From: Flavobacterium sp.
Lineage (GTDB): Bacteria; Bacteroidota; Bacteroidia; Flavobacteriales; Flavobacteriaceae
Reading direction: 5' to 3'
Assembly (NCBI RefSeq): GCF_044341265.1
Contig: NZ_JBIISA010000009.1
Span: forward strand, 49,077 to 113,076
DNA length: 64,000 bases
The translations under genes and the position numbers were made by a program. Below are positions 39,355 to 47,745 of the stretch, piece by piece. The stretch's first letter is position 1; every line of letters begins with the position of its first letter. The notes beneath the pieces were generated by a model. It worked only from the letters and a program-made list of their open reading frames with translations. It was not told the origin of the DNA and made no database searches.

Positions 39355-40065
39355 TTAGCTAATATTTTTTTTAATCTTTATTTGTCTTATTTGATTATCA
39401 AGTAGGTTAACATATAGGATTTTCCCTTCCAATACATCTTCAAGATTCAAAATAACCTTAATTGTTTCGGTCGTAATATAACTACCAATTATTCCACAAA
39501 TAGGGCTAATTACACCTATTTCAGAACAACTTTCACTTTTTAAGTAGTCGTTAAAATCAAAAATATCTTTCAAACTAAAGTCATTTAAATAATGAAAAAC
39601 TGTTATATATCCTTGCCAATCTGAAACTGCTCCATGAACTAATACTTTTTTATGTTCAGCACAATAATCATTTATTATTGTTCTACTCATACCTTGATCT
39701 GTGCAATCGCAAATTATTTGATACTTTTTAGCAATTTCTGTAACAGAATTTTTCTCAATCTTTTTCTCAATTCTATTTATAATAATATTAGGATTTTGCA
39801 GTCTTAGTTTTTCCGCCAATACCGAAACCTTGCTTTTTCCAATATCGCTAGGTGTAAAAAGTATCTGCCTATGTAAATTAGATACTTCTACTTTATCAAA
39901 GTCACATATACCGATAGTTCCTACTCCCATTGCAACTAAATATGATGCAACAATAACTCCTAAACCACCTGCTCCAGCTATTAAAACAGAGGCATTTGCT
40001 AAATGTTTCTGCCCAGATTCACCTATTTCAGGAAGAATAATTTGCTTTTGGTATCTTTCTGTCAT
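39355..40065 (-). CDS. ThiF/MoeB/HesA (E1-like) adenylyltransferase lacking the Zn-binding CxxC pairs
   Basis: GAGGLG (aa 31-36), DFDKVEVSNLHRQ, GKSKV, DCTD, SC180SEIG at the MoeB catalytic-Cys position; start overlaps the DUF4132 stop (ATGA). Confidence 0.88.
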   Translation of the reverse strand: MTERYQKQIILPEIGESGQKHLANASVLIAGAGGLGVIVASYLVAMGVGTIGICDFDKVEVSNLHRQILFTPSDIGKSKVSVLAEKLRLQNPNIIINRIEKKIEKNSVTEIAKKYQIICDCTDQGMSRTIINDYCAEHKKVLVHGAVSDWQGYITVFHYLNDFSLKDIFDFNDYLKSESCSEIGVISPICGIIGSYITTETIKVILNLEDVLEGKILYVNLLDNQIRQIKIKKNIS

Positions 40066-42632
40066 CTATTTATTTGCGAGGTGATTGTAGTATCAGTTAT
40101 CTTATCATCATTGGCAAGTAAAAGTGCTTTAGATATAATTACCGACAATCCGTTATCGCCTTCAAAAGGTAAAAACAAATTATTATTTGTTTCTTTTAAA
40201 CTTCTATCGGGAACGATACATAAATATTGGTCATTAGGTTCCATCAAAATATTAGTACTCCCAATATGAATTTTATAGGTTCTTATTTTGCCTTTAACAA
40301 CCACAAATCTATCCTCAATGTGCGTTACAGAAGCTATTTTTAATCTAGGAATAAGTCCAAGTAAAATCTCTTTTCTGTTTTTGGCAATTTCTGATAAATC
40401 ACCAAAAGAATAAGACTGCCAATAATCTCTGTAAGTAGGTAAGCCTCCTGAGTCGCTCCAAGTAGGATCGTTACCAACGCTAGATACACCCACAAACAAA
40501 TCAACATCTCGCATAACTTCTGAAAATGCAATAGCTGGAATATCAACTAAATCAACTAATTCATTCGTTTCCGTATTTATGAAACGTATTTGGTCTGTTG
40601 TAACATAATTCCAAATTCCAGTTGCATTGAATTGGTCATCTGCATTTAAACTATTTACCCAAAATTCTGCACAAAGCTTATATTCAGGTAAATATAGTTT
40701 AGCAACATCATCGTCACCACCATCCCATGCACCTATTAATTTAGCTTTCCAATTTCTTCCTTTTGCTAGAGTAACATATTGATGTTGCTTCAAAATATGC
40801 GATGCCATCCGATTGCTATATGTCCTAGTGTTAACTTCGGCATCAGTTAACAAATAAATTTCTCGGTAAGCTTGCTTAAATGGTTGTTGAATTTGACCTT
40901 CCATTAAGAAATTTCTCCAATTTTTAACTTCTTGAGTGCTACTAGTAGCCGGATGCCAAAGTGAAACATGAGTGAACTTTTCTAATTCCAACTCTTCAAA
41001 ATCAATTGTATAGAATTGATCTTTTAGGTAAATTGCCAAAACATTTTTTGAATTATTTGAAAAATTAAAAATTATTTTTTGAATCACAAAAGAGAGTAAT
41101 CCATGTTGTTGATATTTTTCTTTAAAGTAATCTAAACTCATTACTCTGTCGCATCTAAGCATCCTGTCAATACGTTCCTTTTGTGCAGATGTGGTTTGGT
41201 CAATTTGCTTTTGTATGCTTTTTAGTTTTTTTAATTTGGCATCAAATTTATCTTTAACCAATTGCGGAACAGATTTCTGCTCTGTACCATCGGCTTTATA
41301 CCATTTGATAATTGATTTACCCATCCCGATGAGCGAAAGAGTTCCTTTAATTTCATCAAATTGATAAGTAAATTCATGATTTTCTAGTTTAAAATCATCT
41401 ACAGCTAAATCTTCAATTTCTGAGGAAGAAACCCCTAATTTAGTAGCTGCTTCTGCTATATACTTTTCAATTAATGCTAAAGTATTATTTTGTTTAATTT
41501 TTAATCTTAACCTAGATAATTGTGCTATACCGTCTAAACCTTTTGAAGCAAATAAAGTATATAAACACGCATTGCCTAATCCAGCCGAAGCTGGTCCTTT
41601 TTCGGGAATTTTTTTAAAACATCTTTCAGATAACTTACTTATAGTAATTATAGTGTTGCTATCATAATACCATGAAGACATCCATACAAAGCCTTTTAAA
41701 ATATCTACATTCGGACTTGATAAAAATTCTATTGAATTATATTGGTATTCTTGTTTATAATAAATTTGAGTATGTGTAGTAATTGTTTCCTTTAAATTTA
41801 TGATTTCTTGAAACCATTCTTGTGTTACTTTTTTAAACTTATCCGAACCTATTTTATCCATTGTTATTTTGGCTTCAGCTAAAAATTTTTGTGTAGGTTT
41901 TGCACCTGTAGCTTTTTGAGCCAATTGCATAAGTGTAAACCAATTTTGCTGGTCTTCCTTTTTGATTTGATCTAAAATTGCATTTCCAATATTTTTAAAA
42001 TTGTCTTCACCAACAAAATATGTTGGTTTTACTGAATTCTCGTCATTTTCACTTTTAAATAAAAAGGATTTTATTTTTTCTTCTAATTTTAGTTGGTCTT
42101 TGTAATAATAAGAATTTGTCTCTTTTTCAAAACTTAAAATATCTTCCAGTATCGTTTTGATTGTGTTAGGAATATCAACATCAGGGTAATTAAACTCAAT
42201 TTGTTTAAAAAAACCTGCTAAAGGCCACCAATGCATTTTATCATAGCCTTTCTCTGGAAAACTATTTTTAAAGGAACTGTACAAAGAAACAATTGTTCCT
42301 TCTGTAAATTTCATTTTACTTCTAAAAAGTGCGGGAATCATTTGGTTGGCCAATTGAAAATCTTTAGTTTCTTTTTTGGAACCTTTTTGATAGCCTTTAA
42401 AGTTGCTATTCAAGGATTCTGTCAAGAAAACTATAAATAATCCTTTTTTCTCGTCATCCCATTTTTTGATTATCTGGTTGTAACTTTCAATATTGGAGAA
42501 ATTAACAGTATAAAAATAAGAGGATTCTTTTGTAGCTTCTTCAACACAATTTTCGAAAACTGTGATGAATTCATTTGATTGCTGTTCTCCTTGGATTCCA
42601 AAAGCAGATTTTAATTTATCTAAAATTCCCAT
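40062..42632 (-). CDS. DUF4132 domain-containing protein (856 aa)
   Basis: IEDLAV...SLWHP...QQPFKQAYREIY (DUF4132), FSEVMRDVDLFVGVSSVGNDP, C-terminal YKIHIGSTNILMEPNDQYLCIVP...PFEGD. Confidence 0.85.
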   Translation of the reverse strand: MGILDKLKSAFGIQGEQQSNEFITVFENCVEEATKESSYFYTVNFSNIESYNQIIKKWDDEKKGLFIVFLTESLNSNFKGYQKGSKKETKDFQLANQMIPALFRSKMKFTEGTIVSLYSSFKNSFPEKGYDKMHWWPLAGFFKQIEFNYPDVDIPNTIKTILEDILSFEKETNSYYYKDQLKLEEKIKSFLFKSENDENSVKPTYFVGEDNFKNIGNAILDQIKKEDQQNWFTLMQLAQKATGAKPTQKFLAEAKITMDKIGSDKFKKVTQEWFQEIINLKETITTHTQIYYKQEYQYNSIEFLSSPNVDILKGFVWMSSWYYDSNTIITISKLSERCFKKIPEKGPASAGLGNACLYTLFASKGLDGIAQLSRLRLKIKQNNTLALIEKYIAEAATKLGVSSSEIEDLAVDDFKLENHEFTYQFDEIKGTLSLIGMGKSIIKWYKADGTEQKSVPQLVKDKFDAKLKKLKSIQKQIDQTTSAQKERIDRMLRCDRVMSLDYFKEKYQQHGLLSFVIQKIIFNFSNNSKNVLAIYLKDQFYTIDFEELELEKFTHVSLWHPATSSTQEVKNWRNFLMEGQIQQPFKQAYREIYLLTDAEVNTRTYSNRMASHILKQHQYVTLAKGRNWKAKLIGAWDGGDDDVAKLYLPEYKLCAEFWVNSLNADDQFNATGIWNYVTTDQIRFINTETNELVDLVDIPAIAFSEVMRDVDLFVGVSSVGNDPTWSDSGGLPTYRDYWQSYSFGDLSEIAKNRKEILLGLIPRLKIASVTHIEDRFVVVKGKIRTYKIHIGSTNILMEPNDQYLCIVPDRSLKETNNNLFLPFEGDNGLSVIISKALLLANDDKITDTTITSQINR

Positions 42633-42643
42633 AATTTAAAAAA

Positions 42644-43033
42644 TTAACCACCGACCAAAGGTGTAAGTTTAACAAAAGAAATAATTGATTGATTATTTAG
42701 ATTTACTATTTGACTTAATTCTTCTAATTGTTGATTGTCAACTAATATAAAAAAACCATTTTTTTGAAATGCATCTAAAGCAACATATATTTGTTTTTCA
42801 ACATCGATGATTTGCTTCGGCTTTAGTTTAAAACCATTAAGAGTCCTTTCAGCATCTGAAGGTTTCACCAAACCATTGAAATAATCGGGAAATTTCTTAT
42901 TGTAGATTTCTATTTCATGCGTTACTCTCTTTTCTATGAGTTCTTGGGTTGTAATGGATAATCTTTCGATTTCTATTTCAAATTGATTGGTAACTGTTCC
43001 ATTTAATTGTTCGTCTTTGATAAGTACATTCAT
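42644..43033 (-). CDS. Putative ubiquitin-like (beta-grasp) protein with C-terminal di-Gly
   Basis: 129 aa ending SFVKLTPLVGG*; beta-alpha-(insert)-beta pattern (ITTQELIEKRV, FFILVDNQQL); first gene of the operon containing the E1-like gene. Confidence 0.7.
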   Translation of the reverse strand: MNVLIKDEQLNGTVTNQFEIEIERLSITTQELIEKRVTHEIEIYNKKFPDYFNGLVKPSDAERTLNGFKLKPKQIIDVEKQIYVALDAFQKNGFFILVDNQQLEELSQIVNLNNQSIISFVKLTPLVGG

Positions 43034-43179
43034 ATATTTTACGTTTTAAAATATCAGCTAACATCAAAAATATGCGTAATTTCCGCAAATTGCAGTATTA
43101 AACTTTCTCAAAGTAACAAATTATTTTCAACTTAAAAAAACCTGACATCAGGAATATATAGATAGTTCGCGAACTGTCA

Positions 43180-43674
43180 CTATCGTTTCCCTATTTCCAC
43201 AATCTCCAAACTCTGAATTTTATCTCCATCGATTTCAAATCGTAACATTGTTCGCACTTGATGAAATCCTGAAATACCACACGCACCTGGATTCATGTGT
43301 AGTAAATTCAATGTTTTATCAAATTGCACCTTTAATATATGGGAGTGTCCGCAGATGAACAATTTTGGAGGATTCAATTTTAGTTCCTCACGAACAGCCT
43401 GATTGTATTTTCCGGGATAACCTCCAATATGTGTAATCCAAACATCAACTCCTTCGCACAAAAATCTATTATTTAATGGAAATTCCATTCTAGCTTTGTC
43501 GTCGTCTATGTTTCCGTAAACCGCTCGAAGTGGTTTTAGTTTTTTGATGGTATCGGTTACAACCAAATCACCAATATCGCCAGCATGCCAAACTTCATCT
43601 GCTTGATTTACATATTTTAAAATAGTATCATCTATATGACTGTGCGTATCGGAAAGTAAAAGGATTTTTTTCAT
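43180..43674 (-). CDS. Metallophosphoesterase (YfcE family)
   Basis: LSDTHS, HAGDIG, VYGNID, ITHIG, CGHSH, HMNPGACG. Confidence 0.92.
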   Translation of the reverse strand: MKKILLLSDTHSHIDDTILKYVNQADEVWHAGDIGDLVVTDTIKKLKPLRAVYGNIDDDKARMEFPLNNRFLCEGVDVWITHIGGYPGKYNQAVREELKLNPPKLFICGHSHILKVQFDKTLNLLHMNPGACGISGFHQVRTMLRFEIDGDKIQSLEIVEIGKR

Positions 43675-43696
43675 TTATGCTGAACTTGTTTCAGTA
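43669..43696. repeat. 28-bp inverted repeat, left copy
   Basis: tttcatttatgctgaacttgtttcagta; exact reverse complement of 44601-44628. Confidence 0.85.
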
Positions 43697-43796
43697 ATTA
43701 TTTGCCACAAAGACACTAAGTCGCAAAGTTAATTATTTAGGAAAACTTTAAACATTCAATCTATTAAAATCTTTGTAAATTTGCAAAAGTGTTTTA

Positions 43797-43828
43797 AACT
43801 GAACACTGCCAACTGAACACTGAATACT
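43797..43828. repeat. ACTGAAC-type heptamer repeat
   Basis: aactgaacactgccaactgaacactgaatact; related in reverse complement to 62692-62722. Confidence 0.65.
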
Positions 43829-43833
43829 AAATT

Positions 43834-44583
43834 TTGAGATACTTTCTAGAATTTGCTTACAAAGGAACTAACTATCACGGATGGCAATATCAGCCAAACG
43901 CAACTTCTGTTCAAGAAACTTTGACCAAAGCACTTTCCACGATTTTGAAAACAGAAATTGAATTAGTTGGTGCAGGCCGAACGGATTCTGGTGTTCATGC
44001 CAAGCAAATGTTTGCACATTTTGATTTTGACCAAGAAATTGATATTCCTTATTTAAGTCATAAACTCAATTCATTTTTACCAAAAGATATCGCCATTTTG
44101 AACATACATAAAGTTCACGATGAAGCTCATGCCCGATTTGACGCAAAAAAACGAACTTACGAATACCATATTCATACCAAAAAAGATGCATTCGAAAGTG
44201 ACGATTCATGGTACTATCAAAATGATTTGAACCTTGACAAAATGAATGAAGCTTGCAAAATTCTATTCAATTACATTGATTTTGAGTGTTTTTCAAAAGT
44301 ACATACGGATGTAAACACTTTTAACTGTAAGATTTTTGAAGCTAATTGGACCAAGAATGATAATCGATTAGTATTCACAATTTCAGCAGATCGATTTCTG
44401 AGAAATATGGTTCGAGCAATTGTTGGAACTATGGTAAATATAGGATTAGAAAAAGTATCTTTGCAAGACTTTATTCAAATAATTGAAAGCAAAGACCGAA
44501 AAAAAGCTGGATTTTCAGTTCCTGCACACGGATTGTATTTGACGAAAGTGGAATATCCTTATCTAGTGATTAGTGAAAAGTAA
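43834..44583 (+). CDS. truA: tRNA pseudouridine(38-40) synthase
   Basis: YKGTNYHGWQ, GAGRTDSGVHA, FHA-like AHARFDA, ADRFLRNMVRAIVG, PAHGLYL; TTG start. Confidence 0.96.
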   Translation: MRYFLEFAYKGTNYHGWQYQPNATSVQETLTKALSTILKTEIELVGAGRTDSGVHAKQMFAHFDFDQEIDIPYLSHKLNSFLPKDIAILNIHKVHDEAHARFDAKKRTYEYHIHTKKDAFESDDSWYYQNDLNLDKMNEACKILFNYIDFECFSKVHTDVNTFNCKIFEANWTKNDNRLVFTISADRFLRNMVRAIVGTMVNIGLEKVSLQDFIQIIESKDRKKAGFSVPAHGLYLTKVEYPYLVISEK

Positions 44584-44600
44584 AGAATGAATATTAAAGA

Positions 44601-44628
44601 TACTGAAACAAGTTCAGCATAAATGAAA
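44601..44628. repeat. 28-bp inverted repeat, right copy
   Basis: tactgaaacaagttcagcataaatgaaa; includes the ATG of the next ABC gene. Confidence 0.85.
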
Positions 44629-46377
44629 GCAAAAGCATTCGACATACGTTTATTTAAACGTATTTTAAAATATACAAAACCCTATAAAACAGTTTTTTAT
44701 GGTGTAATTGCTGCTGCGGTTTTGTTAGCGATTTTTGCTTCATTACGACCATTTTTATTGAAACAAACCGTTGACCATTATATAAAACCTCATGATCAAA
44801 ATGGGTTGTTACTTTATGTTTCATTGATGGGTGTTGTCTTATTATTAGAAGGTGTTTTCCAGTTTTTCTTTGTTTTATGGGCAAATTTATTAGGTCAAAA
44901 TATTATTAAAGATATTCGTTCTAAACTTTTCAAACATATGTTGAGTTTTAGAATGAAATATTTTGACAATGCACCTGTTGGACAATTAGTTACGCGTTCC
45001 GTTTCGGATATTGAACAAATTGCGAGAATCTTTAGTCAAGGTTTGTTTATGATTATCAGTGATTTGCTAAAAATGCTTGCTTGTCTAATCATTATGTTTT
45101 ACATGAATTGGAAACTAACTTGGATTGTAATTGCAGCTATGCCAATTTTGGTTTACATCACAAGAATTTTCCAACGTAAAATGCAAGTGGCTTTTGAAGA
45201 AGTAAGAAATCAAGTGGCAAATTTGAATACGTTTGTTCAAGAACGTGTAACCGGAATGAAAATCGTGCAACTGTTTAATCGTGAAGATATTGAATATCAA
45301 AAATTTAAAGACATTAATCAAAAACACAATGTTGCTTGGATTAAAACCATTTTATACAACTCTATTTTCTTTCCCATCGCCGATATTATTTCGTCGTTAA
45401 CATTAGGATTTGTAGTGCTTTATGGAGGTTTCCATATTTTAGATGGCGATAAGTTTACTACGTTTGGAGATTTATTCTCCTATACAATGTTCATTGGTAT
45501 GTTGTTCAATCCGTTGCGTCAAATTGCAGATAAATTCAACGAGATGCAAATGGGAATGATTGCTGCCAACAGAGTTTTTGATATTTTAGACACAGAAGAA
45601 GATGTGCAACAAACTGGAACTATCGAAGCCAAACATTTTGCTGGAAACATCCGTTTTGAAAACGTTCGATTCAGTTACATTAAAGATGAGGAAGTTTTAA
45701 AAGGTATTTCATTGGAAGTAAAATCAGGTGAAACTATCGCGATTGTGGGTTCAACAGGTGCTGGAAAATCTACAATTATTAATTTGTTGAATCGTTTTTA
45801 CGAAATCAATTCAGGAACAATATCAATTGACAATCAAGATATTAACACCTTTACTTTAGAAAGTTTACGTGCACAAATTGCAGTGGTTTTGCAAGATGTA
45901 TTCCTATTTGCTGATACAATCTATAACAATATTACTTTAAATAATACTAATGTTTCTCGTGAAGAAGTTATTGCTGCTTCCAAGAAAATAGGTGTTCACG
46001 AATTCATTATGAGTTTGCCTGACGGTTATGATTATAATGTAAAAGAACGCGGCGTGATGTTATCGTCTGGGCAACGCCAATTGATTGCTTTTTTACGTGC
46101 TTATGTTAGCAATCCGAGTATTCTTATTTTGGACGAAGCTACTTCTTCTATTGATACCTATTCTGAAGAATTGATTCAAAGAGCAACAGAAACTATTACA
46201 AAAGATAGAACTTCTATAGTGATTGCGCATAGATTGGCAACCATTGTAAATGCTGACAAAATTATCGTTATGGATAAAGGTCAAATTGTAGAATCTGGAA
46301 CGCATCAAGAATTGGTTACCAAAGAAAATGGTTATTACAAGAACTTGTACGATTCACAATTTTCTGAAGCAATCTAA
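44623..46377 (+). CDS. ABC exporter, fused permease/ATPase (MsbA/MdlB-like)
   Basis: Six TM segments + GSTGAGKST, LSSGQRQL, ILDEATSSID. Confidence 0.93.
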   Translation: MKAKAFDIRLFKRILKYTKPYKTVFYGVIAAAVLLAIFASLRPFLLKQTVDHYIKPHDQNGLLLYVSLMGVVLLLEGVFQFFFVLWANLLGQNIIKDIRSKLFKHMLSFRMKYFDNAPVGQLVTRSVSDIEQIARIFSQGLFMIISDLLKMLACLIIMFYMNWKLTWIVIAAMPILVYITRIFQRKMQVAFEEVRNQVANLNTFVQERVTGMKIVQLFNREDIEYQKFKDINQKHNVAWIKTILYNSIFFPIADIISSLTLGFVVLYGGFHILDGDKFTTFGDLFSYTMFIGMLFNPLRQIADKFNEMQMGMIAANRVFDILDTEEDVQQTGTIEAKHFAGNIRFENVRFSYIKDEEVLKGISLEVKSGETIAIVGSTGAGKSTIINLLNRFYEINSGTISIDNQDINTFTLESLRAQIAVVLQDVFLFADTIYNNITLNNTNVSREEVIAASKKIGVHEFIMSLPDGYDYNVKERGVMLSSGQRQLIAFLRAYVSNPSILILDEATSSIDTYSEELIQRATETITKDRTSIVIAHRLATIVNADKIIVMDKGQIVESGTHQELVTKENGYYKNLYDSQFSEAI

Positions 46378-46422
46378 AAACCATTTCGTTTTTATTATAT
46401 TTGATAAAAATTAAATAAAACT

Positions 46423-47061
46423 ATGGCATTTACTATTGCAATTTCAGACGAAAGAACTCCTTTAAAAAACAATACTTGGTTAAAAATTTTCATCGGATTT
46501 TTTCTGATAAATTGGATTAATTCATACGTAGGAAATACCGATACAGCCAATTGGATTTTAGAAAACACCTTAGTCTTTCTATTTCTAGGTTTTATGATTT
46601 TTACCTATAAAAAATTCATATTCAGCGATTTAAGTTATTTATTAGTTTGCATTTACTTATGTCTTCACGTTTATGGTTCCAAATATACATATGCAGAAAA
46701 CCCTTTTGGCTATTGGCTGAAAGATGCTTTAGATTTATCTCGAAATCATTATGATAGAATTGTTCATTTTAGTTTCGGATTTTTATTGGCTTACCCAATG
46801 CGCGAAATGTTTTTGAAATGGTTAAAATTTCCTTCGTGGGTTGCTTGGACATTACCTATTGAAGTTACACTTTCTATTAGTGGTTTTTACGAGTTGATAG
46901 AATGGGCTGTTGCAGATGTTTTCTTCAAAGCGCAAGGTGATGCGTATCTTGGAACTCAAGGCGATATTTGGGATGCACAAAAAGATATTTTCTTAGCATT
47001 TTCAGGAGCCATTATTGCGACAACTATTGTTTCTATAATTAAAAGAATGATTTCAAAATAA
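46423..47061 (+). CDS. DUF2238 (YjdF) membrane protein
   Basis: WILEN, LHVYGSKYTY, RNHYDRIVHF, YELIEW, GTQGDIWDAQKD. Confidence 0.9.
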   Translation: MAFTIAISDERTPLKNNTWLKIFIGFFLINWINSYVGNTDTANWILENTLVFLFLGFMIFTYKKFIFSDLSYLLVCIYLCLHVYGSKYTYAENPFGYWLKDALDLSRNHYDRIVHFSFGFLLAYPMREMFLKWLKFPSWVAWTLPIEVTLSISGFYELIEWAVADVFFKAQGDAYLGTQGDIWDAQKDIFLAFSGAIIATTIVSIIKRMISK

Positions 47062-47072
47062 ATGGTATTTTT

Positions 47073-47582
47073 ATGAAATTTAAAAAAATTAAATCAAGAA
47101 TTGAAGTCTTTCACAGAGAGGGAAAAACAATTGAAGCAGCTAAATGGTTGCTGAAAATGTTTGATATTCAAGATCATAATTTAAAAGGATTTGCACTTAG
47201 AGAAAAAGCGGAACCAAATTACATTCTCTTAACTGCAGAAGGCGATTTTGGAGAACAACAAGTCATAAGAGTCCCTGAAAATATTTTTCAATTTTCGTTA
47301 CCTTTAGTTCTTACACTAATTACGCACGAAATGGTTCATGTGCGTCAAAAATCAAGAAAACCATATGTTGAAGACCGATTAGAACGTGAATGGCAGGCCT
47401 ATTACGAAATGCTTTTTCATAAAATCTTTCCAAATTATCTAGAAGTTTCTAATTTTCACAAACGTTTTTTTGCCAACAAAGCATATGATTACTATAGAAG
47501 AATGGGTGAAGGTTCCGAATTACAAGCAAAATATGCCAATCAAAAAAAGGAAATGGAAGATTTGATTGCTTCTTTAGGCTAG
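47073..47582 (+). CDS. Hypothetical protein with an HExxH motif
   Basis: LITHEMVHVRQ followed by REWQAY. Confidence 0.65.
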   Translation: MKFKKIKSRIEVFHREGKTIEAAKWLLKMFDIQDHNLKGFALREKAEPNYILLTAEGDFGEQQVIRVPENIFQFSLPLVLTLITHEMVHVRQKSRKPYVEDRLEREWQAYYEMLFHKIFPNYLEVSNFHKRFFANKAYDYYRRMGEGSELQAKYANQKKEMEDLIASLG

Positions 47583-47594
47583 AAGTTGTAACCA

Positions 47595-47626
47595 TTTAAA
47601 CACTTAAACTTTTAAACTATTAAACT
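47595..47626. repeat. 8-bp tandem repeat
   Basis: tttaaaca cttaaact tttaaact attaaact. Confidence 0.6.
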
Positions 47627-47745
47627 CATATACTTTTAAAGTTTTTTACTAATTTTGCAATCTAAATTAATTAAAAAATCACACGTATAATGACACGAGC
47701 GCAAGCGACTGCATTTTGTACAAATAAAAAATAAACACGAACAAA

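Noticed and set aside
47690-47734. 14-codon uORF (MTRAQATAFCTNKK) before lpdA
   Set aside because: No attenuator structure or informative codon bias; the GC-rich part may be a repeat remnant. Needs Ribo-seq or conservation data
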